Assembly: GCA_963664875.1 (NCBI GenBank)
Contig: OY761611.1
Coordinates: 3,296,001-3,360,000, forward strand
Origin: Candidatus Kapaibacterium sp.
Lineage (GTDB): Bacteria > Bacteroidota > Ignavibacteria > Kapaibacteriales > UBA2268
DNA: 64,000 bases
Reading direction: 5' to 3'
The position numbers were made by a program, and so were the translations under genes. Below the pieces are notes generated by a model, which saw nothing but the letters and a program-made list of their open reading frames with translations, was not told the origin of the DNA and did not search any database. Below, one piece after another: positions 50,817 to 59,032 of the stretch; positions within the stretch are counted from its first letter, which is position 1, and every line of letters begins with the position of its first letter.

Positions 50817-51593
50817 ATGAAACTTTTTTACTACACATTGCTTACAGTCTTGATATTCGGCTGCAGCGGAGCAACTTCACCCGACGGAACTGATTCTTAT
50901 GCTTCGATGCTGATTCCAAATAAAATTGGTAATTACTGGGTATATCAAAGAAATGCTTTCGGAAAAACTATTGGTTACGATTCATTGGTTTTGAGTAAGA
51001 AAATGCTATTTAAGGGTAAATCTGCATCCTTGATAGAAATCAATAGATTATCTGAAAATATGAAGCCTATTTCAAAAGACACTCTTTACTTTGCTGAAGA
51101 AGGTAACGAGCTTTTCATAGTCGAAAATAATCCTGTACGTCCCTGGCACAGTAGCGATTGGATTCAAATATATGGTGATAGAAATTCTTCTTGGATAGCA
51201 GCACGTTTTGACATTTGGAAAACAGATTTATATGTTATAGACTCCATTGTGAAAGGTGCTCTTACTAATGTACTCACAGGCAAATATATATATTCAGACA
51301 CAGTAAATATTTCAGGAGTTACCTCACAATTTGATATGTTTACTCTAAAAAATGATTTTAAAGGGAGCTTCTATCAGCATGTTGTTTCCAATGGGAAGCT
51401 CGACTCAGTACTTTATCAATCAGTTGGCAAGTACAATATGCACTACAAAATAGCACGGGGATTGGGATTAGTTAGCAAAACCTACGAATCGCACATGATA
51501 TATTGGCTGCCGGTTGATAATAAATACGGATTAAAAACAAAGTCCATACAGGTAGCTGACGAAAGTCTGAGGCTGATTAGATACAAGTTTTAG
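50817..51593 (+). CDS. Hypothetical lipoprotein
   Basis: Lipobox IFGC; P..IGNYWVY and ARGLGLV motifs. Confidence 0.75.
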   Translation: MKLFYYTLLTVLIFGCSGATSPDGTDSYASMLIPNKIGNYWVYQRNAFGKTIGYDSLVLSKKMLFKGKSASLIEINRLSENMKPISKDTLYFAEEGNELFIVENNPVRPWHSSDWIQIYGDRNSSWIAARFDIWKTDLYVIDSIVKGALTNVLTGKYIYSDTVNISGVTSQFDMFTLKNDFKGSFYQHVVSNGKLDSVLYQSVGKYNMHYKIARGLGLVSKTYESHMIYWLPVDNKYGLKTKSIQVADESLRLIRYKF

Positions 51594-51624
51594 AAAAAAA
51601 TATTTAGCATTTTTAAAATTTTAG

Positions 51625-51653
51625 TTGCAGCTAAAAAATATTTTAGCTATATT
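51625..51653 (+). promoter_or_regulatory. Sigma70-like promoter
   Basis: TTGCAG-N17-TATATT; spacer palindromic (GCTAAAA...TTTTAGC). Confidence 0.5.
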
Positions 51654-51659
51654 TACATC

Positions 51660-51766
51660 GTGATGTTAATCAGCCATTGAAAAACATGGTGCTCCTGAAA
51701 TCCTAAGTATATTGAGTAGCTTAAATTCAGATGAATGACCTGCCTTTTCCCGAGGCAGGTTTTTTT
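51660..51766 (+). ncRNA. Candidate small RNA or leader, about 105 nt
   Basis: Between the promoter and terminator ACCTGCC...GGCAGGT-T-run; no ORF longer than a few codons seen. Confidence 0.35.
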
Positions 51767-51986
51767 ATACCCGGCCACAAAGATCCTAATGTTTTTTATT
51801 CTATTTCTTTGCCCATAGTTATAAGTGGCATATTCAAATAATAAATTCGGCAATTCTACAAAGTCTATTCTAAAGCTTACAAGAATTGCTGCTAAACAAC
51901 AAAATTTGATATTTGAAATATTATGCTTTTCTATTATTTTGCATCTTTCAATTAACTATTCCTCTGTTATATTTCTTTATCTGCCG

Positions 51987-53036
51987 ATGCTTAAATATCT
52001 CATCCTTCGCAATCCGGGACATAACCGGGTATATTACAAAAATTCTTCAGAAGTCGCTCTTGCAGAGCTTAGTTTAACATGCAATTCTTTTGAGACAGAA
52101 TGCAATAATATTAGATTGGAGGACATAGCCGGTATCCAATATTTTACTTTTGACTGCACTTCTGAAATCACGATTGAAGAGTTAAAAAGTCTTTCCGCGA
52201 TGTCTTTTACTTTTGCAATTTTCAGATTGATTGATGATTACTCTGAAAAGTTGCTTCTGCCTATCGAGATGCCTCATTATGAGTATCTGGATACAAAAAT
52301 TAGTTCATTACTTAAGTATTCCGGAAAAACCAATGAGATATTTACCAAGATGATGATAAATGTTGGCGTTCTTTCCTGCGATTTTTCTGAAGAAGAAAGC
52401 CTGAATATTCTTGACCCTGTTGCGGGGAAAGGAACTACTCTCTTTGAAGGTCTTATCTATGGATTTGATGTTTATGGTATCGAGATTGAACAAAAATCTG
52501 TCCACGAAGCCAATGTTTTCTTCAAAAAATATCTGGAGACAGAACGCTACAAGCACGATTTCGAGAGACGTCCCGTTTCAGGAACTTCCAAAGCTGATGC
52601 AGTTTATATCGATGAATATGAGTTTGCAGTGAGTAAAGATGAATTCAAAGATTCTTCTCAGAGAAAAACTTTCGCATTAGTCAACGGAAGAACAGAAGAT
52701 GCAGATAAATATTTCAAGAAGGATAGTTTTCATCTAATTATTGGTGATTTGCCTTATGGCATATCGCATGGCAATAATTCAGGCAAAAAACACGCTTCAG
52801 TCTCTCGTAATCCTCATGAGTTGCTTTCCTTGGCTCTGCCTGCCTGGCATAAGGTATTAAAATCCGGTGGAGTAGTAGTAGTGGCTTGGAATGCGTTTGT
52901 AGCTCATAGAAAAGCACTCGAAGAAGAATTCAAAAAAGCAAACTTTAGTGTCCTTTCTGAAGAGCCGTATAACAATTTCGAGCATTTGGTTGATAAATCC
53001 ATAAAAAGGGATATTATCGTTGCGAAAAAACTGTAA
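51987..53036 (+). CDS. TRM11-like SAM-dependent methyltransferase
   Basis: LDPVAGKGTT, GIE, DLPYG; start trimmed to MLKYL. Confidence 0.8.
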   Translation: MLKYLILRNPGHNRVYYKNSSEVALAELSLTCNSFETECNNIRLEDIAGIQYFTFDCTSEITIEELKSLSAMSFTFAIFRLIDDYSEKLLLPIEMPHYEYLDTKISSLLKYSGKTNEIFTKMMINVGVLSCDFSEEESLNILDPVAGKGTTLFEGLIYGFDVYGIEIEQKSVHEANVFFKKYLETERYKHDFERRPVSGTSKADAVYIDEYEFAVSKDEFKDSSQRKTFALVNGRTEDADKYFKKDSFHLIIGDLPYGISHGNNSGKKHASVSRNPHELLSLALPAWHKVLKSGGVVVVAWNAFVAHRKALEEEFKKANFSVLSEEPYNNFEHLVDKSIKRDIIVAKKL

Positions 53037-53161
53037 GACAATGTATTCGATATTGAACCCGTATTGGTCAACAGAACTGTAAAAAGCTTCGTCTCATGAA
53101 TTAGAACAATGGAGTATGCTACATTGTTCCGGTAAGTAAAGATTGCTTAATTACTAATGAA

Positions 53162-53569
53162 GAGGCTGTCTCATAAATCCAAAATTGGGTACAAAATTAT
53201 GCTGTGGCATTTTTCCACCCCGTCATGCTTCGCATGCCACCCCTCAAGAGGGGAATTTTTAACTTCTTTACATAAAAAAGAGTTAAAGTATTTAATAGTG
53301 TATTTAATTGGGGCTGTCCCATAAGTCTGAGTTTTGTCATACTCTTTAGTAAAAGTAGAGGAAAAACAAACGTTATATTTTCTTCTACCGCAAGCTAAAG
53401 CATGCGGTTGCAATGAGTTACACAAGTGCAACCGACTGCTTCAGCTGTCGGTAAAACTTACAAACATCAAGAATATGTTGCAAATTTTGACTTATGAGAC
53501 AGCCTCTGCCATTAGGGCGGGGTAGTCGTTCTTGTTTAAATCATTCTTTTATACTTATAAGACAGTCTC
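53162..53569. mobile_element. Outer MITE-like element (type C) containing a nested type A element
   Basis: GAGGCTGTCTCATAA ... ACTTATAAGACAGTCTC; REP-like CCACCCCGTC...GCCACCCCTCAAGAGGGGAATT. Confidence 0.65.
53310..53506. mobile_element. MITE-like element type A, second copy
   Basis: Colinear and nearly identical to 10017-10212. Confidence 0.85.
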
Positions 53570-53647
53570 CTATTATAGAATTTAACAACTAAGCTGAAAT
53601 TTTCTAACTAGATTTTTGGGATGAACTAATAGTTTGCATTTTCACAT

Positions 53648-53676
53648 AAAAAAACCCGGCAATGGCATACCGGGTT
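53648..53676 (-). terminator. Minus-strand intrinsic terminator with no upstream minus-strand gene
   Basis: AACCCGG...CCGGGTT plus T-run on the minus strand. Confidence 0.6.
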
Positions 53677-53895
53677 CAGGAGGTCTGTACTAATTACTTA
53701 AGATCAGGTAATATCTATTTCCAAAATATTAGCCTCAAACTTAAAACAAAGAAAAATCGCAGGACAATCTATATTGAGGATTGTTTGGAGCACCTAATTC
53801 TGTTTTTTTTAATCTCAAATTATCCTTGCAATCTCTTCGTTTATACTAATACACTCCAAAGAGCAAAAAAGTTACAAATATTTTTTAGGATACCT

Positions 53896-54816
53896 ATGGA
53901 TTCCATTCCAAAAATTGAAGATGCCATTGCCGGATTGCAAGGCGAAATGATTTCAAAGCTAATCATAACAGTTGCTATTGTCATTATTTTAAGCATACTT
54001 AGGACGCTTGTGCTGCGTTTGATACAAAAGTATGCAAAGAATCCACGCATTAGATTTAGTGCAAAAAAAATAACACTTAACGTAACTTTTATCTTCGGTT
54101 TTTTTTGGATACTAAGTGTATGGATAAACGAATTTCAGTCACTTTTTACTTTCCTTGGTCTGATAAGTGCAGGTGTGGCAGTCGCATTGAAAGATCCGAT
54201 AGTAAATATTTTTGGTTGGGTATTCCTGATTTGGCGTCATCCGTTCAAAGTGGGGGACAGGATACAGATTGGAGAGCAAGCAGGCGACATAGTTGATATT
54301 AGACTGTTTCAGTTTTCAATGATGGAGATAGGTAACTGGGTAAACGCTGACCAATACACAGGCAGAATAATAAATGTTCCTAATTCTCATATTTTTTCTA
54401 TGCAGCATAGCCTTTATTCTACTGACTTGGAGATGCTTTGGGACGAATTGGATATAACAGTATCTTTCGAGAGCAACCACAAAAAAGCAAAAGCACTTTT
54501 AGAAGATATTGTGTATGATTATAATAAAATATTCACTAACAAAATGAATACAGATTTAGCAAATGAAGATGGGAAATTTGCTTTAGATTCTATTCGCTTC
54601 AATCCGGGAGTGTATACCGAATTGAAGCCAAGCGGTATAAATTTTGTGGTCAGATATTTTTTCCCTTATAAAGAAAGAAGAAAAGCTAAACACGAAATAG
54701 TAGAACAAATTATAGAAGCCTTCGGCAAGACAACAGATATAGAATTTGCTTATCCAACGACGAGATTTTACCAGAGGCAGGAACAGAGCGAAAAAACTAA
54801 ATTCAATACCGATTAG
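53896..54816 (+). CDS. MscS family mechanosensitive channel
   Basis: Three TMs, PFKVGDRIQI, VPNS, IEFAYPT; start trimmed to ATG after AGGA. Confidence 0.9.
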   Translation: MDSIPKIEDAIAGLQGEMISKLIITVAIVIILSILRTLVLRLIQKYAKNPRIRFSAKKITLNVTFIFGFFWILSVWINEFQSLFTFLGLISAGVAVALKDPIVNIFGWVFLIWRHPFKVGDRIQIGEQAGDIVDIRLFQFSMMEIGNWVNADQYTGRIINVPNSHIFSMQHSLYSTDLEMLWDELDITVSFESNHKKAKALLEDIVYDYNKIFTNKMNTDLANEDGKFALDSIRFNPGVYTELKPSGINFVVRYFFPYKERRKAKHEIVEQIIEAFGKTTDIEFAYPTTRFYQRQEQSEKTKFNTD

Positions 54817-54914
54817 TTATTAATATTTTGATATATTCATATATCCTGCTCGCTGTGTCTGTCATTTTCTTTATATTGTGATAGTATATTATTTTTAATA
54901 TTTAGGCTGAAAAC

Positions 54915-56576
54915 ATGAAATTATCCAAGCTGTATGTTTTAATGTTCATTGTTGCCGCTTTCTATAATGCTAATGGGCAGGAGTTCCTCGAAGGCAGAAT
55001 TTCGGGTAACTTCCAATTTGAAGCTCAAACAAGCAAGGAAGACGAAAAAATCAATGCAGACAAAGTAAGGGAGGGAGTCCTTTCTTCCGGTTTTCTTAAT
55101 CTGAATTATAACAGTAGTTCTTTCGATGTCGGTATGCGCTATGAGTCTTATCTCAATCCTATTCTTGGTATTGATTCACGCTACAAGGGCAATGGTATTC
55201 CATATCGCTATGTTACTTATCATTCTGAAGATATTGAAGTAACAGCGGGTGATTTTTACGAACAGTTTGGTTCCGGTATGATATTCCGCTCCTACGAAGA
55301 ACGTTCGCTCGGAATAGATAACGCTATGGACGGTATCAGAGTAAAATTTAGCCCACTTGCAGGTGTGCGAATTACAGGTCTTGTGGGTAAGCAAAGGTAT
55401 TACTGGGAAAAAGGTAACGGCATTGTAAGAGGTGCTGATTTTGGCTTTTCAGCAGCAGAGATTTTGGGAGATATGTGGAGCAGCGATTATAATCTTGACT
55501 TAGGAGCGAGCTTTATTTCGCGTTTCCAGGAAGATGATGATGTGTTTTACTATTTACCTGAAAATGTATTTGCGTGGGCGGCAAGAGCAAATCTCTCCGG
55601 CTCATGGTTTACTTTGAATACTGAATATGCAAAAAAATATAATGATCCTAACGCCAATAACAATAAATCTTACTCTCAGGGGCAGGGGATTATCATTTCT
55701 TCAAGCGTTTTTGGTGATGGTATAGGCTTCTCGGCTGAAGTTCACCATATAGATAATATGGATTTCAGAAGCCAACGCGAAGCTCAAAAAACTGACTTGA
55801 TGCTTTCTTATATACCTGCTATTACCAGACAGCATACTTATAGATTACCTTCTATGTACCCGTATGCTACTAAACTAAACGGCGAATTCGGTATGCAGTT
55901 TGACTTTACTTATAAGTTTAAAAGAGGCACATTCTTAGGCGGAGAATATGGCACAACACTTCAGATAAATTACTCACAGGTCAATTCCATAGACACCACA
56001 GGTATAGATAAATATACTTACGATTCTAAATTATTTGGAATTGGTGATGATTTGTACTTTAGGGATTTGAATTTGTCACTTTCTTCACGTCTTTCTAAGG
56101 ATTTGAAAGCATCGTTTACTTATGTCTATTTGCTTTACAATAAAGACATAATGGAAAACGAAGGCGCTCCTTTTTATGGTGATGTAACTTCTCATTCAGT
56201 TGTAGCTGACCTAACTTATAAGCTGGCACAAAGAACTGCGATCAAAGGTGAAATCGAACATATGTGGTCGAGCAATGACTGGCAAACAGAAGACAGAATT
56301 CCTGACAATCTAAACGGGAACTGGATAATGGCTCTTGCAGAATTGACTCTAAACTCTAACTGGTTCATTTCTGTTTTCGATGAATATAATTATGGAAATG
56401 ATTGGGATGACAAACAGATACATTATGTCAAAGGAGCTGTAGCTTATGTGCACGAGACTACAAGAGTCTCTGTCGAATATGGCAAGCAACGCGGCGGTGT
56501 ATTGTGTGTAGGCGGTGTATGTAGAACAGTACCGGCTGCAAACGGATTTTATCTTTCATTAACATCATCATTTTAA
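54915..56576 (+). CDS. DUF6029-type outer-membrane barrel
   Basis: GDFYEQFGSG..FRS.E.R.LG.DN; C-terminal GG.LC.GG.CR.VPA.NG. Confidence 0.8.
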   Translation: MKLSKLYVLMFIVAAFYNANGQEFLEGRISGNFQFEAQTSKEDEKINADKVREGVLSSGFLNLNYNSSSFDVGMRYESYLNPILGIDSRYKGNGIPYRYVTYHSEDIEVTAGDFYEQFGSGMIFRSYEERSLGIDNAMDGIRVKFSPLAGVRITGLVGKQRYYWEKGNGIVRGADFGFSAAEILGDMWSSDYNLDLGASFISRFQEDDDVFYYLPENVFAWAARANLSGSWFTLNTEYAKKYNDPNANNNKSYSQGQGIIISSSVFGDGIGFSAEVHHIDNMDFRSQREAQKTDLMLSYIPAITRQHTYRLPSMYPYATKLNGEFGMQFDFTYKFKRGTFLGGEYGTTLQINYSQVNSIDTTGIDKYTYDSKLFGIGDDLYFRDLNLSLSSRLSKDLKASFTYVYLLYNKDIMENEGAPFYGDVTSHSVVADLTYKLAQRTAIKGEIEHMWSSNDWQTEDRIPDNLNGNWIMALAELTLNSNWFISVFDEYNYGNDWDDKQIHYVKGAVAYVHETTRVSVEYGKQRGGVLCVGGVCRTVPAANGFYLSLTSSF

Positions 56577-56606
56577 TAAAAAGTAGCCTAATAAAGGAGA
56601 ACAGCG

Positions 56607-57440
56607 ATGAAAATAATATATATGACAGCAATTCTGGCAGCAGCTTTGTTTTTTGCCGCCTGCGACGAAGTGGAGGCTCCTTACCAGCCCGATGCATCGG
56701 AATTGATAAATGCAATAGGCCCAAATAATAAAAATGTTTTGATTTTGGAATTTACAGGCTGGCAATGTGGTAACTGCCCAAAAGCACACCACACAGTACA
56801 CGAGCTCGAAAAACTATATCCTGAAGGACATATTGTAGCAGTTGGTATCCACGCCGGCTCCTATGCTGTGCCTTTTGATGGACCTGATTTCAGAACTGAA
56901 GTCAGCACTCAATTGGAGCAGGAATTTCAGGCAGGCTTAGCCGGATTTCCAATCGGTATAGTTAATATGAAAAAAATTGACGGAAGTTTCTTAGCTTATG
57001 TTTCTGCTTGGGAAAAAGAAGTATTCAAAGAAGCCATCCTCGAGAAACAAGTGGATATTCAGTTGGATGCTAAGTACAGCAATTCTACTAAAGAAATCAA
57101 AGTTAATGTAGCTGTAGATTATCTTCAGCCAAGTTTGAGCGGAAGCAATCTTTCTGTTTACCTTGTACAGGATAGCATCATTGCAAAACAAAAAAATGAT
57201 GAGCTAAAACCGCCGATGGTAGAGGACTATGTTCACATGAATGTATTAAGAGAGTCCTTCAATGGTGTTTGGGGTGTGCCGGTTAATGCATCATCTAACA
57301 CAAGAGAGTTTACAATGAATATTGCTGATAAACCTGACTGGAAACCTGAAAATTTGCGTGTTGTAGCTTTTGTGCATGACTATAAAGGTACAAGAGAAGT
57401 ATTTCAGGCAGTGCAAACAAAACTAACAATAAGCGAATAA
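56607..57440 (+). CDS. Omp28-related lipoprotein
   Basis: Lipobox FAAC; LEFTGWQCGNCP; H..VLR; W..ENL.VVAFV. Confidence 0.88.
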   Translation: MKIIYMTAILAAALFFAACDEVEAPYQPDASELINAIGPNNKNVLILEFTGWQCGNCPKAHHTVHELEKLYPEGHIVAVGIHAGSYAVPFDGPDFRTEVSTQLEQEFQAGLAGFPIGIVNMKKIDGSFLAYVSAWEKEVFKEAILEKQVDIQLDAKYSNSTKEIKVNVAVDYLQPSLSGSNLSVYLVQDSIIAKQKNDELKPPMVEDYVHMNVLRESFNGVWGVPVNASSNTREFTMNIADKPDWKPENLRVVAFVHDYKGTREVFQAVQTKLTISE

Positions 57441-57697
57441 TGTCCGACAAAAAAGACAAAGATACTAAACTCTATCCATGGGTATTGGTTTATACGACCA
57501 ATACCCTGATAGATGCCGAAATGCTCAAATCCAACCTCGAAAGCGGTGGCATTCCTACCCAGATTGTATCACAAATAGATACAACCCGTATGTTTACATT
57601 AGGTAATCTTGCAATAGTAAAAGTCTATGTACCTCATCCGTATTACTCTGATGCAAAAGCTATTATCGACCTGATAGAAAGCGGGGAAGAGGATTAA
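57440..57697 (+). CDS. DUF2007-like small protein
   Basis: W..VY......AEMLK..LES.GIP...V.V. Confidence 0.75.
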   Translation: MSDKKDKDTKLYPWVLVYTTNTLIDAEMLKSNLESGGIPTQIVSQIDTTRMFTLGNLAIVKVYVPHPYYSDAKAIIDLIESGEED

Positions 57698-57801
57698 ACT
57701 CCGATTTGCCACCAGAACTTAAAATACCTGCAACTTCCTTTATTTACGAATAATGATTCAAACCGTAAATGTAATAAAAACTTACATATAGAATCATTGA
57801 A

Positions 57802-58113
57802 GAGGCTGTCTCATAAGGATCTATTCGATTTTATAGTACGAAAAATTTAAGACAAAATGAGGCTGCAAGCCTCAAATATATTAGCCCGGGGCAACGTCCT
57901 GGGTAAGCTATGTCATTGAAATATAGAGCCCTGTAAGGGCGACCAGCTTGAGACGCATAAGGTCACTGCATCTCGACTCATTTCATTCGCTCGATAACCG
58001 CGAGCAAAGCGAAAAGTCGATGTCGAGCCTCGTCGAGGTATAGTTTAGCTTGCGGTTATTCTCATAGTTTATATTTAGAAAACTATGCTATCCTTTACTT
58101 ACGAGACAACCCC
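57802..58113. mobile_element. MITE-like element type B, second (diverged) copy
   Basis: GAGGCTGTCTCATAAG ... ACTTACGAGACAACCCC; about 110-bp core shared with 23012-23304. Confidence 0.75.
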
Positions 58114-58176
58114 TTACCAAGACAATAAATTGACTTATTCGGGTTTAAAATGACTTTTGGGGGACTAAAATACTTA

Positions 58177-58704
58177 TCAAACTTCTAACTTCCTGAAGTT
58201 GCGTTTTAGAAGTAATGGCACAAATAGTCTATGGAAAGGTTTGACAAAGAAAAAGTAAAATCTTCCAAAGGAATTATTGTATTTCACAAGAGTCAAGAGG
58301 CTGACCTTCTTTACTTTCGAATTTGGGTCTTCGAGCCTAAGAAGCACTCTAAAATCAAGGTGTTTATCATCTTCGCCCATCACAATTTCGCTTTCTCCAA
58401 GCGCGAACACACGAAAAAGACCTGCCTGAGTGCCGGGCTGCCAAGTAATCTTAGCATTTTTGTCAACTATGGTATCATTTGTTTTAAGTTTGAAAGGAGA
58501 TACGAGCTTATCTCTGAGTGCAAGAAAGAAGTCAAACCATTTAGGGCTTGGTTGCATAAATGCGTCAGCGAAGCTGAATATAGTCATTTTGTTCTCGGGA
58601 TCGTTTATGCAGTATTCAAAACAATCGAGATAATCGTAATTATCAATATTAACTTTCTGAGTGGCAATCAGGCTGTTCGCATAATCAACATTTGATTTAG
58701 ACAT
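58177..58704 (-). CDS. DUF2867 family protein
   Basis: P.W...L..LRD.LV.PF.L, GEDDKHLDFR, GR.YF..VKPFH; GGAGGA before ATG 58704. Confidence 0.8.
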   Translation of the reverse strand: MSKSNVDYANSLIATQKVNIDNYDYLDCFEYCINDPENKMTIFSFADAFMQPSPKWFDFFLALRDKLVSPFKLKTNDTIVDKNAKITWQPGTQAGLFRVFALGESEIVMGEDDKHLDFRVLLRLEDPNSKVKKVSLLTLVKYNNSFGRFYFFFVKPFHRLFVPLLLKRNFRKLEV

Positions 58705-59032
58705 GCCATCCTCCAATTTAGGTTTCGTTTTTAGAGATGTAAAGTAATGCAACTATTGGCTGCAAGTAAGTCATAAAACGTCAGGGATGAGATTATTGTT
58801 TCGTTTTAATATGAATATTTACGCAATTTAATTCGATATATTACAGAATCTAATTCACCATACATAAGTGAAATTATACTTGAACCTTTTTTGAACTAAA
58901 GAGTAGTTAAAAAACTAAGGAGGAGAAATCTTTACTCCTTTGAAAGGAATTGCTTATTTATTAAATTGTAAGATTTACTAAGCAACAAAACATAAACAGA
59001 AAAATATTTGTTTCATAGAAATTTGGTTTGAT

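Noticed and set aside
53171-53525. ORFs 53171-53431 and 53334-53525
   Set aside because: Lie within the MITE/REP elements; no transposase similarity evident
53662-53895. 78-aa N-terminal extension of MscS (and the similar 51825-51986 extension of the methyltransferase)
   Set aside because: Non-protein-like composition; family-typical starts lie downstream
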